The notes: a model not told the origin generated them from the letters alone. Numbered from the stretch's first letter, positions 1 through 7,973 are shown. The stretch is DNA of 32,000 bases from Rhodobacter capsulatus SB 1003 (GCF_000021865.1 NC_014034.1:1740001-1772000); one strand, 5' to 3'. Program-made: numbers and translations.

Positions 1-1
1 C

Positions 2-763
2 ACCACGCGGGTCTGCGAAAGCGATCCGTTCAACTGCCTGTATTCCACCATCCACGAGGTCGGCCATGCCTGCTACGAACAGGGGATCGCGGCGGAGCAT
101 GCGCTGACGCCGCTTGGTCGCGGCGTTTCGATGGGGGTGCATGAAAGCCAGAGCCGGATCTATGAAAACCAGCTTGGCCGCTCGGCGCCCTTCACCGGCT
201 GGCTCTATCAACGGATGGTCGATGCCTTTGGCGATTTCGGCGTCGCGGACGCGCAGGCCTTCCATGCGGTGGTGAACCGGGTCAACCCGGGCTTTATCCG
301 CACGGAAGCGGACGAGCTGCATTACAACCTGCATGTGATGCTGCGCTTCGATCTGGAACGGCAGCTGATCACCGGCAAGCTCGAGGTCGCGGATCTGGAA
401 GCGGCCTGGAATGTCCGGTTCCTGGCCGATTTCGGCGTCGCGGTCGAGAAACCCTCGCAGGGCTTCCTGCAGGATGTGCATTGGGCGGGCGGGCTTTTTG
501 GCTATTTCCCGACCTATACGCTGGGCAATGTCTATGCGGGCTGCCTGAACCGGGCGATGCGCGCGGCAGTGCCCGGGATCGACGCGGCGCTGGCCGAGGG
601 CTCGGCGAAACCCGCCACCGACTGGCTGCGCGAAAACCTGCAACGCCATGGCGGGCTGCGCCCCCCGCGCGAGACGATCGTGACCGCCTGCGGGTTCGAG
701 CCGACGGAAGAACCGCTTCTGGACTATCTCGAAAGCAAATACGCCGCGATCTACCGGCTTTGA
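2..763 (+). CDS. M32 carboxypeptidase (carboxypeptidase Taq family), 5' end outside window
   Basis: Frame is open from the window edge. HEVGH zinc motif at 53-67, then HESQS, IRTEADE and DVHW..GYFPTYTLG blocks typical of M32 peptidases. Confidence 0.85.
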   Translation, partial: TTRVCESDPFNCLYSTIHEVGHACYEQGIAAEHALTPLGRGVSMGVHESQSRIYENQLGRSAPFTGWLYQRMVDAFGDFGVADAQAFHAVVNRVNPGFIRTEADELHYNLHVMLRFDLERQLITGKLEVADLEAAWNVRFLADFGVAVEKPSQGFLQDVHWAGGLFGYFPTYTLGNVYAGCLNRAMRAAVPGIDAALAEGSAKPATDWLRENLQRHGGLRPPRETIVTACGFEPTEEPLLDYLESKYAAIYRL

Positions 764-769
764 GGGCGA

Positions 770-897
770 GGGGCGCTGCCCCCCGCGAGGCGATGCCTCG
801 GCCCCCCGGGATATTTCGAGCAAGATGAAAGGCATCCGGTTTCATCTTGCTTCAAATACCTCGGGGGGAGTCCCGCAGGGACGGGGGGCAGCGCCCC
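770..897. repeat. Nested-palindrome intergenic repeat, copy A (complete)
   Basis: Outer arms GGGGCGCTGCCCCCC (770-784) and GGGGGGCAGCGCCCC (883-897) are exact reverse complements. Inner arms 802-830 and 840-868 match at 25 of 29 positions. The core recurs at 8502-8562 and 11718-11815. Confidence 0.85.
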
Positions 898-2112
898 CTA
901 CGCCATTGACGTGAAGCGGTTCACCGGCGTCTCGATCACGCTTTTTGACGGCGGCGTCTGGGCGAAGCGCTCGGCCAGGGTCAGGGGTCCCGCGGTGATG
1001 CGGAAGTAATCATAGGCACCGGGGCGGTCGAAGGCGCACAGATACTGGAAATGCAACCGGAAGAAGCGCCAGCGCAATTGCTTCCAGCGCGCGGGCGAGA
1101 GGGTTTGCGTGAAGGCGGCCGACAGGATCAGCGGCTGGTGTTGATCGGCGGGGCCGACGCCCGAGACCTTGACCGGATCGCACAGCGCAAAGGCGCAGCC
1201 GTCGCCCGGGGCGGTGACATCGACCCAGGTCAGTTCGGTCCGTGCGCACAGATAGGCCAGATCGCCGCGCAGCCGTTTCGCCTTTGGCAGGAAGCTGACC
1301 ATCGGCACGACATGGCCCAGCGACAGGAAACCCAGCCGCGGCCCCGTTGCGGGCACCCGGCCCGCGCGGATCAGATCGGCCAGAACCGAGATCGCCAGAT
1401 GCGCGCCCGAGGAATGGCCGACCACCAGCACCTCGTCCCAATCCTCGGTCAGCGCCTGCGCGATCGTGTCGCCAAAGGCGGCCATCCGGGTTTCCAGCGC
1501 CGCCGGATTGGCGCCGCCCCAGCGCGCGGTAAAGGCGTAATCATGCATCAGGTAATAGGCGTAAAACCTGCCGTCGTGCTTGCGAAACCAGCGCAGCACC
1601 GCCCAGGTCACCCCGGCGCAGAGCGCAAGGCCAAGCCCCCAATCAAAGCGGAAATCGGGCAGCGGCCAGAGGATCAGCCCGGCCAGCGCCGCCCCCGCGC
1701 CAAGGCCCGCCAGCGCCTGCAGGATCAGCGCCACGATCGGGTAAAGCGCCGCGATCACCGGCCCCTTGCGCAGCCGCATCAGCCGAAAGAGCGCGCCTGA
1801 GCCGATATAGGCCCAGGCGGTGCGCAGAAGCTGCAGATAGGTCGCGGGGATCGAGGCCGCCATGCTGTCGCGCACGATCTCGGCCCAGATCAGCACCTCG
1901 ACATCGGTCTCGACCGGCTGCCCGTCCTGGGTCGCGCTGACATGCCAGCCATAGGGGCCGCCCGCGCGCTTGGGCGCCAGCGCCAGCGCATAGCCCGAGA
2001 GCGCCGCCTGCGCCGTGCCCTCGCTGCGGTAAAGCTCGCGGTAGGCCCGCGGGTGGATCGGGTCGTAGCCGGGAATGTAGAACACCCGGCGCTTGCGGAC
2101 GGTCTGGCTCAT
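898..2112 (-). CDS. Hypothetical membrane protein with serine-hydrolase-like GHSSG elbow
   Basis: 404-aa ORF with an AGGA SD before the ATG. Two hydrophobic segments (about aa 117-150 and 158-176). GHSSG is encoded at 1405-1419. I do not recognise the family. Confidence 0.7.
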   Translation of the reverse strand: MSQTVRKRRVFYIPGYDPIHPRAYRELYRSEGTAQAALSGYALALAPKRAGGPYGWHVSATQDGQPVETDVEVLIWAEIVRDSMAASIPATYLQLLRTAWAYIGSGALFRLMRLRKGPVIAALYPIVALILQALAGLGAGAALAGLILWPLPDFRFDWGLGLALCAGVTWAVLRWFRKHDGRFYAYYLMHDYAFTARWGGANPAALETRMAAFGDTIAQALTEDWDEVLVVGHSSGAHLAISVLADLIRAGRVPATGPRLGFLSLGHVVPMVSFLPKAKRLRGDLAYLCARTELTWVDVTAPGDGCAFALCDPVKVSGVGPADQHQPLILSAAFTQTLSPARWKQLRWRFFRLHFQYLCAFDRPGAYDYFRITAGPLTLAERFAQTPPSKSVIETPVNRFTSMA

Positions 2113-2171
2113 CTTGGGTCCTGCTTTTGCCTGCCCCGGTGATAGCGGAAAAATCGGCGCCGCGCTGTGAC

Positions 2172-2861
2172 TTACGCCGCAGTCCAGCGGGTGACATTGG
2201 CGCGGATCGCGGCCATCCGCCGCGCCGTCTCGGGGTGCGAGGCCGCCCAGGCGGGCGCGGCGCCCGCCCCCGCGCCCACCAGCCGGTCGAGCCGGGAAAA
2301 CAGGCTCAGCTGCGGCTCGGCGCCGATCCCCGCCTTGATCAGCAGCGCCGTGGCAAAGGCGTCGGCCTCGTATTCGTCGCGCTGGCTCAGACGCGCGGCA
2401 AGGGCCGTGGTGATCAGATTGGCGATCCAGATCCCGGCAAAGGGCACGATCCGGCCCAGCACGCCCACGAGCAGCAGTTGCAAGAGGTTCTGCCCGGTGA
2501 AATCGATCATCCGCCGCCGCGCATGGCCGCTTGCCACATGGCCGATCTCATGGGCGATGACCGAGGCCAGTTCCTCGGCGGTGACCTGCCCGCTGCGGTA
2601 AAGCGCCAGAAACCCCTCGGTCAGGAAGACCCTTCCGTCGGGGGCGGCGAGGCCGTTCACCTTCGGATCGTCAAGCACGAAGACGGGCAGGGAAGGGACC
2701 CCCAGCGCCGCGCGCAGCCGGTCAAGCACCGGGGCCAGGCCGGGCTCCGCCAGCGGCACCGAGCGGGCAGAGAGCTGGCGCAGCAGGTTGCGCGCAGAGA
2801 AATGCCACATCGCAAGCGCGGCAAGGAGCGTCAGCAGGAAGGGCAGAAGGCGCAGAAGCAT
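2172..2861 (-). CDS. M48 family zinc metallopeptidase (HtpX-like)
   Basis: 229-aa ORF with a hydrophobic N-terminal anchor, an HEIGH motif followed by EYEAD, and the typical M48 layout. Confidence 0.85.
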   Translation of the reverse strand: MLLRLLPFLLTLLAALAMWHFSARNLLRQLSARSVPLAEPGLAPVLDRLRAALGVPSLPVFVLDDPKVNGLAAPDGRVFLTEGFLALYRSGQVTAEELASVIAHEIGHVASGHARRRMIDFTGQNLLQLLLVGVLGRIVPFAGIWIANLITTALAARLSQRDEYEADAFATALLIKAGIGAEPQLSLFSRLDRLVGAGAGAAPAWAASHPETARRMAAIRANVTRWTAA

Positions 2862-2909
2862 CGGCCAAAGATGGGGCCGGGGGCGGTCCGGGTCAATCCC
2901 CGCCGACCC

Positions 2910-4091
2910 TCAGCCGAGCAGCTTCATCGCCCGGGTGATGCCGTCAAGCGTCAGCGGGAACATGCGGCCCTCGAAGGCCTGCTGGATCATCGCGATCGAC
3001 TGCGTGTAGCCCCAGTGCCGTTCCGGCACCGGGTTCAGCCAGACATGGCTTGGCCATTGGCTGCGGGCGCGGTCAAGCCAGACCGATCCGGCCTCGGCGT
3101 TCCAATGTTCGTTGGCGCCGCCGACATGGCTGATCTCATAGGGCGACATCGAGGCATCGCCCACGAAAATGCATTTGTAATCCGGCCCGTAGCGGTGAAG
3201 CACCTCCCATGTCGGGGTCACCTCGTCCCAGCGGCGGCGGTTGTCGCGCCACAGGCCCTCGTAAAGGCAGTTGTGGAAGTAATAATGCTCCAGATGCTTG
3301 AATTCGGAGCGGGCGGCGGAAAACAGCTCCTCGACCAGCTGCACATGCGCATCCATCGAGCCGCCCGCATCCAGAAACAGCACCACCTTGACCGCATTGT
3401 GCCGCTCGGGTCGGGTCTTCACGTCGATATAGCCGCTTTCGGCGCTGGCACGGATCGTGCCGGGCAGGTCAAGCTCCTCGGCGGCGCCGTGCCGCGCCCA
3501 GTGCCGCAGCCGTTTCAAGGCCACCTTGATGTTGCGCGTGCCAAGTTCGACCCGATCGTCGAAATCGCGAAATTCCCGCTTGTCCCAGACCTTGACCGCA
3601 CGTTGATGACGGCTCTCGGCTTGCCCGATCCGCACCCCTTCGGGGTTGTAGCCATAGGCGCCAAAGGGCGAAGTGCCCGCCGTGCCGATCCATTTGTTGC
3701 CGCCCTGATGGCGTTCGTGCTGCTCGCGCAGCCGCTCGCGCAGCGTCTCCATCAGCTTCTCGAAGCCACCCAGCGCCGCGATCTGCGCCTTTTCGTCCTC
3801 GGTCAGATGCTTTTCCGCCAGCTTGCGCAGCCAGTCCTCGGGCAGCTGCAGCGCGTCCAGAACCGCTTCGGGCGGGATCGCGTCAAGGCCGCGGAAGCTT
3901 TCCGCAAAGGCCCGGTCGAACCGGTCAAGGTGGCGTTCGTCTTTGACCATCGCCGCGCGGGCGAAGTAATAAAAGCCGTCGATGTCAAAGCGGCAAAGAC
4001 CCGCCGCAAGTCCTTCGAGAAACGTCAGAAATTCGCGCGGGCTGGCGGGAACGCCATGGCGGCGCAGGCTGTCGAAGAATGGCAGGAACAT
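2910..4091 (-). CDS. VWA domain protein, CoxE-like
   Basis: Start set at ATG 4091 (MFLPFFDSLRRHGVP, the usual N-terminus of this family). MIDAS-like LDAGGSMD and later FVGDASMSP. The 65-codon upstream extension in the ORF track is Arg-rich and was discarded. Confidence 0.8.
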   Translation of the reverse strand: MFLPFFDSLRRHGVPASPREFLTFLEGLAAGLCRFDIDGFYYFARAAMVKDERHLDRFDRAFAESFRGLDAIPPEAVLDALQLPEDWLRKLAEKHLTEDEKAQIAALGGFEKLMETLRERLREQHERHQGGNKWIGTAGTSPFGAYGYNPEGVRIGQAESRHQRAVKVWDKREFRDFDDRVELGTRNIKVALKRLRHWARHGAAEELDLPGTIRASAESGYIDVKTRPERHNAVKVVLFLDAGGSMDAHVQLVEELFSAARSEFKHLEHYYFHNCLYEGLWRDNRRRWDEVTPTWEVLHRYGPDYKCIFVGDASMSPYEISHVGGANEHWNAEAGSVWLDRARSQWPSHVWLNPVPERHWGYTQSIAMIQQAFEGRMFPLTLDGITRAMKLLG

Positions 4092-4126
4092 CGAAAACCC
4101 CCCGCGCCGCTGCCAAGGCGCGGGGG
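4092..4126 (-). terminator. GC-only 10-bp hairpin plus UUUU between the DUF2927 gene and the VWA gene (terminator or attenuator)
   Basis: Arms 4099-4108 and 4117-4126 are perfectly complementary. On the minus strand the stem is followed by GTTTTCG and then the VWA ATG. The only SD-like G run lies in the 3' arm. Confidence 0.5.
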
Positions 4127-4137
4127 TCAGCCGGGCC

Positions 4138-5340
4138 TCAGTTGTACCGAGCCCCGGCCCGCGCCAGAGCTGCCACCTCGGCAGCCCGCGCGCGCACGGC
4201 GGCATCCGAGCCGAAACCGTAGCGTGCCCATTGCGCCGAGTCGAGCCGTGCCTGCTGGGCCTGCGCCGGATTGCCGAGCGTTTCATAGGCCTCGGCGCGG
4301 ATCAGATACAGCGTCGCCATCAGCGCGGCATTTTCTCCGGTCAGCGCCTGCGGAATCGCCCGGTTCACCAGCGCGATCGCATCCGAGGCCCGCCCCGAGG
4401 ACAGCGCAAAGGCCGCCAGCTGCATGTCGACATGGGCCGACTGGATGCCCGCGCCGGGGGTGGCGCGGTAGATCGCACCGGCATTGGCAAAGGCCGTCAG
4501 CGCGGTCTCAGGGTCGTCATAGACGCTGAGTCGGCCCAGCGCGAACCAGCCAAAGGCCGCCCGCGTGTCCTGCCAGCCCTGCGCCCCCGACATCCGGATC
4601 GCCGTCATCGCCGCCGCCTTGCGCGCGCCCTGCGAGCCGCGGCCGATGGCGCGTTCCAGCGCATTCACAAAGGCGCGCGGGGTGGGATCCTCGGGCAGGC
4701 CGGTGACCTTGCCGCCGCCGGGATTGATCCGGGCGAAGACGGCGGGAAGTTGCGCCTGCACTTCGGGGACCGACATGCCCGAGCGCAATTCGGGCGCATA
4801 GACGGCGCGCAGCTGCATCATGTCGTAGCGGGTCAGCACGGTGTGGAAGTTGTCGTCGTTCCAGACCGAATTCGACAGCCGATACAGGTCGTTCAGCGGC
4901 CCGAGCGCCTGGCTGGTCTCCTCGTGCAGGCAGTCGCGCAGCTCCTGCGGCGTCGCCTCGGCGGGGATGAAGACGGTGGCGGCGGTGCGGCGCTGCACCT
5001 TGGTCCAGTCGCCCGCGGCAGAGCGGCGGGTGGCGCGATATTCGGCCCAGGTGGCGGCATTGGGCACGACGAAACAGGCGGCATTCGGGACTTCGCGGCT
5101 CATCTCGGCGCGCGGCACGAAGGCGATGCTGATGCGGTTGGCGGCGCCCGCGCCGGTCGAGATCGGGATATGCGCCTCGCTGCGCAGCCGGGTGACGAGG
5201 CGGGACAGCTCGGTCGCAGCGGTGGGCGGCGCGGCGCCCTGCAGCGTGACGCTGATCGGCCCTTCGAAGCGCGAGAACTGCGGGATCGGGCGGCCCGATT
5301 CCAGCAGGAAGTTCAGCTCCATGAAGTCGCGCGCCAGCAC
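4138..5340 (-). CDS. DUF2927-like protein with C-terminal TPR-like region (body; N-terminal lipoprotein leader is out of frame upstream)
   Basis: ARDFMELNFLLESGRPIPQFSRFEGPISV and CLHEETSQALGPLNDLYRLSNSVWNDDNFHTVLT blocks match my recollection of DUF2927. The Ala/Leu-rich helical-repeat tail is TPR-like. See the finding on 5338-5617. Confidence 0.7.
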   Translation of the reverse strand: MLARDFMELNFLLESGRPIPQFSRFEGPISVTLQGAAPPTAATELSRLVTRLRSEAHIPISTGAGAANRISIAFVPRAEMSREVPNAACFVVPNAATWAEYRATRRSAAGDWTKVQRRTAATVFIPAEATPQELRDCLHEETSQALGPLNDLYRLSNSVWNDDNFHTVLTRYDMMQLRAVYAPELRSGMSVPEVQAQLPAVFARINPGGGKVTGLPEDPTPRAFVNALERAIGRGSQGARKAAAMTAIRMSGAQGWQDTRAAFGWFALGRLSVYDDPETALTAFANAGAIYRATPGAGIQSAHVDMQLAAFALSSGRASDAIALVNRAIPQALTGENAALMATLYLIRAEAYETLGNPAQAQQARLDSAQWARYGFGSDAAVRARAAEVAALARAGARYN

Positions 5341-5874
5341 CGCTGTTTGGCGGGCAGCGCCCCGGTGCGGGGGGCGGGGGTCGGCAGCCCGGCCGTCGGA
5401 TCGGCCAGCGGCATGTCGATCGCGGCGGTCGACGGCGCGAGCTTTGGCACCTCACCCCCCCCGGCGCACCGGCACAGCCAGAGAGCGCGGCGGCCAGAGC
5501 CAGCCCCGAGAGGGCAGTCAAGGAACGGCGGGCCCGAAGCGCAAGGCGCCCGGACCGGGTGGCTTGCGCGGGGGCAGCCGCGCAAGCCACCCGAGGCGGC
5601 AGACAGTTCAAACGCATGGCAGTGCGTATCCCAGGTTGTGGTGCCAAAATTCGGCACAGGCCTTAAAAGCGACCAGTCATGCTTCGGGTTTCAATGAGAT
5701 ATTAATGTGGCGGGTCCAGATATAGTGTCAAGACGAGGTCATGTACACGCCTTATTGTGGCCGCAATTCAATCGCTTGCGCCGTCTTTGGGTCTGGCGGG
5801 GAAACAGTGGCGGCGCTGCGCGGCGAATCATCGCCGCGATTTCAGCGCCTTCGCCCGCATCCGGCCCGCGGATG

Positions 5875-5902
5875 TTTCCGGTTTTGAAACGGAAAATTTT
5901 TT
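5875..5902 (+). terminator. Orphan weak intrinsic-terminator-like hairpin with T6 tail
   Basis: TTTCCG (5875-5880) pairs with CGGAAA (5890-5895) and is followed by ATTTTTT. There is no plus-strand gene upstream. Confidence 0.35.
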
Positions 5903-6017
5903 AACACTTCGTTAATCACTATGTCGAAAACCTTTCGACGCGCGGCCCCGGGGGCGGGGTCCGGCGGCATTGATCCCGGGGCGGCGGGCAATCTGGGGCG
6001 ATTACCGGCGGGCCCGG

Positions 6018-6060
6018 AAACGAAATGCCGAAACGAAACGCCCCGGCCGGGGCCGGGGCG
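6018..6060 (-). terminator. Intrinsic terminator after the methyltransferase operon
   Basis: On the minus strand, GC stem CGCCCCGG..CCGGGGCG (6039-6060) is followed by the T-rich TTTCGTTTCGGCATTTCGTTT, about 45 nt after the stop at 6108. Confidence 0.7.
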
Positions 6061-6107
6061 TCTGCAAGGGGCAGGGCGCTTCGTCGCAGCAGGCGAATCG
6101 CGCCGTC

Positions 6108-7079
6108 TCAGCGGGCGCGACGGCGCCCGCCGCGCGTGGCGGCAGCGGCGGCGGCCGAGGCCTCGGCGAAGCTTGCGCCCTCTTTCATCGCCTCGAGCAC
6201 TTTCGAGAGCTTGATCCAGTCCATCGCGTTGTCGTCGTGGTTCATCAGCAGGTTGGCGGCGCGGATCGCCTCCATCTCCTGGCTGCGGACCGGGTTCATG
6301 ATCGCCGAAGTCATGCCCGCGCCGATCGCCATCGGCAGGAAGGCGGCGTTGACGCCATGCCGGTTCGGCAGGCCAAAGCTGATGTTCGACGCACCACAGG
6401 TGGTGTTCACGCCCAGCTCCGTCCGCAGCCGGTTGACCAGCGTGAAGACCTGACGGCCCGCAGAGGCCATGGCACCGACCGGCATCACCAGCGGATCGAC
6501 CACGATGTCATGCGCCGGAATGCCGAAATCGGCGGCGCGCTCGACGATCTTTTTCGCCACGGCAAAGCGCACGTCGGGGTCTTCGGAAATGCCGGTGTCG
6601 TCGTTCGAGATCGCCACCACCGGCACGTTGTATTTCTTCACCAGCGGCAGCACGCGTTCCAGCCGTTCTTCCTCGCCGGTGACCGAGTTCAGAAGCGGAC
6701 GCCCCTCGCAGGCGGCCAGACCTGCTTCGAGCGCCGCCGGAACCGAGCTGTCGATGCAGAGCGGCACATCGGTGATCGCCTGCACCCGGGTGATCAGATC
6801 GCGCATCAGGGGCGGCTCGACGAAGTTGTTGTCGGCATAGCGCGGATCTTCGGCCATCTTGTTCGAAAAGACCGCGCCCGAGTTGATGTCGAGCACCGTC
6901 GCCCCGCAGGCGACCTGTTCGAGCGCGTCTTTCTCGACGGTGGTGAAATCGCCCAGCTCCAGCTCGGCGGCCAGTTTCTTGCGCCCCGTGGGGTTGATGC
7001 GCTCGCCGATGACGCAGAAGGGCTCGTCGAAGCCGATCACCACGGTCTTCGATTTGCTTTCCAGAACGGTACGGGTCAT
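6108..7079 (-). CDS. Pterin-binding methyltetrahydrofolate:corrinoid methyltransferase (MetH module 2 / MeTr-like)
   Basis: 323-aa ORF. FCVIGERINPTGRKK, LDINSG, LCIDSS, NSVTGEE and CGASNISFGLPNR blocks are typical of the pterin-binding (DHPS-like) methyltransferase fold. Confidence 0.85.
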   Translation of the reverse strand: MTRTVLESKSKTVVIGFDEPFCVIGERINPTGRKKLAAELELGDFTTVEKDALEQVACGATVLDINSGAVFSNKMAEDPRYADNNFVEPPLMRDLITRVQAITDVPLCIDSSVPAALEAGLAACEGRPLLNSVTGEEERLERVLPLVKKYNVPVVAISNDDTGISEDPDVRFAVAKKIVERAADFGIPAHDIVVDPLVMPVGAMASAGRQVFTLVNRLRTELGVNTTCGASNISFGLPNRHGVNAAFLPMAIGAGMTSAIMNPVRSQEMEAIRAANLLMNHDDNAMDWIKLSKVLEAMKEGASFAEASAAAAAATRGGRRRAR

Positions 7080-7082
7080 GCC

Positions 7083-7973
7083 TCAGCCTTTCGTTTTGTC
7101 CGCGATCCAGGTCGCATTGGTCTTGATACCGCCGAGCGGGAAGAAATGCACCGCCTCGATGCCGAAATCGGGATGCTTGGCCTTGTGGCGGGCCAGATCC
7201 ATCAGAAGATCGGTGGGCTCGAAGGGGGTGAGCAGCTTCGTCACGTCCTTGGCGCGCTTTTGCAGCACTTTCAAGGACGGGCCGACACCGCAGGAAATCG
7301 CGAATTTCAGAAGCGTCTGCAGCTTCGCGGGGCCCGCGATGCCGATATGGACCGGCATCCTGATGCCCTCGGCGGCCAGACGGTCGACCCATTGGATGAT
7401 CGGCCCGGCCTCAAAGGCGAATTGCGTCACGATGGCCGTGTCGGCATCGGTGGTGTCGGCGAATTTCTGTTTCAGGGCAAGCGCCTGCATGACGATCTCG
7501 TCGGTGCCGTCGGCGTCGATGTCGCGGTTGCCCTCGGGGTGACCGGCGAAATGCAGCCGCTCGAAGCCCGCGAAGGCGCCGGTTTCCACCAGTTGCATCG
7601 CATTGTCGAGGCTGCCCACCGGGGTCTTGACGCCGCCACCCAGAAGCAGCGCCTGTTTCACCCCGGCTTCGCCCTTGTAACGCGCCACCCAGTCGCGCAG
7701 CTGCAAGGCGTCGCGGATGATCCGGGCGGGGAAATGCGGCATCGGCTCGAAGCCCTCGTCGCGCAGGCGCTTCGCCGTGGCGACCATTTCCTCGATCGGC
7801 GTGCCCTCGATATGGGCGACATAGACGCGGGTGCCCGCGGGCAGAAGGGCGCGGAAATCCTCGATCTTTTCGGCGGTGCGCGGCATCACCTCGATCGAGA
7901 AACCGTCAAGGAAGGCAGTCAGCGTGCCGTTGGTGGGGGTCTCGGCCTCGCGGCGGAAGTTCAAAAGCGCCAT
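7083..7973 (-). CDS. metF: Methylenetetrahydrofolate reductase (MetF-type)
   Basis: 296-aa ORF with FSIEVMPRT, HFAGHPEGN and TQFAFE blocks. Its start shares one base with the upstream gene's stop (TGATG at 7971-7975). Its stop lies 3 nt before the next ATG. Confidence 0.8.
   Translation of the reverse strand: MALLNFRREAETPTNGTLTAFLDGFSIEVMPRTAEKIEDFRALLPAGTRVYVAHIEGTPIEEMVATAKRLRDEGFEPMPHFPARIIRDALQLRDWVARYKGEAGVKQALLLGGGVKTPVGSLDNAMQLVETGAFAGFERLHFAGHPEGNRDIDADGTDEIVMQALALKQKFADTTDADTAIVTQFAFEAGPIIQWVDRLAAEGIRMPVHIGIAGPAKLQTLLKFAISCGVGPSLKVLQKRAKDVTKLLTPFEPTDLLMDLARHKAKHPDFGIEAVHFFPLGGIKTNATWIADKTKG

Noticed and set aside
4092-4286. N-terminal extensions offered by the ORF track (VWA 4092-4286, small protein 8297-8437, UPF0114 16545-16598, AraC 17517-17953, pxpA 31546-31662, cdsA 20688-20771, lpxA 27992-28078, lpxB 29567-29668)
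   Set aside because: The extensions are Arg/Pro-rich and overlap neighbouring genes or intergenic structures. In-frame starts further downstream have SDs and reproduce the family-typical N-termini.
2127-4529. 800-aa plus-strand ORF, plus similar long ORFs at 3982-5697, 5970-8051, 11924-13723 (minus), 13677-15956 (minus), 17012-18196 and 17295-18575
   Set aside because: All are antisense or offset to genes with clear family signatures. All are Arg/Pro/Gly-rich with no motifs, and none has a credible SD.
5707-5904. 65-aa ORF (GTG start) spanning the orphan intergenic island
   Set aside because: Third-position G/C is only about half of codons in a genome where real genes exceed 80 percent. Content is Arg/Trp-rich and there is no SD. 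The region is better explained as non-coding RNA or promoter DNA.
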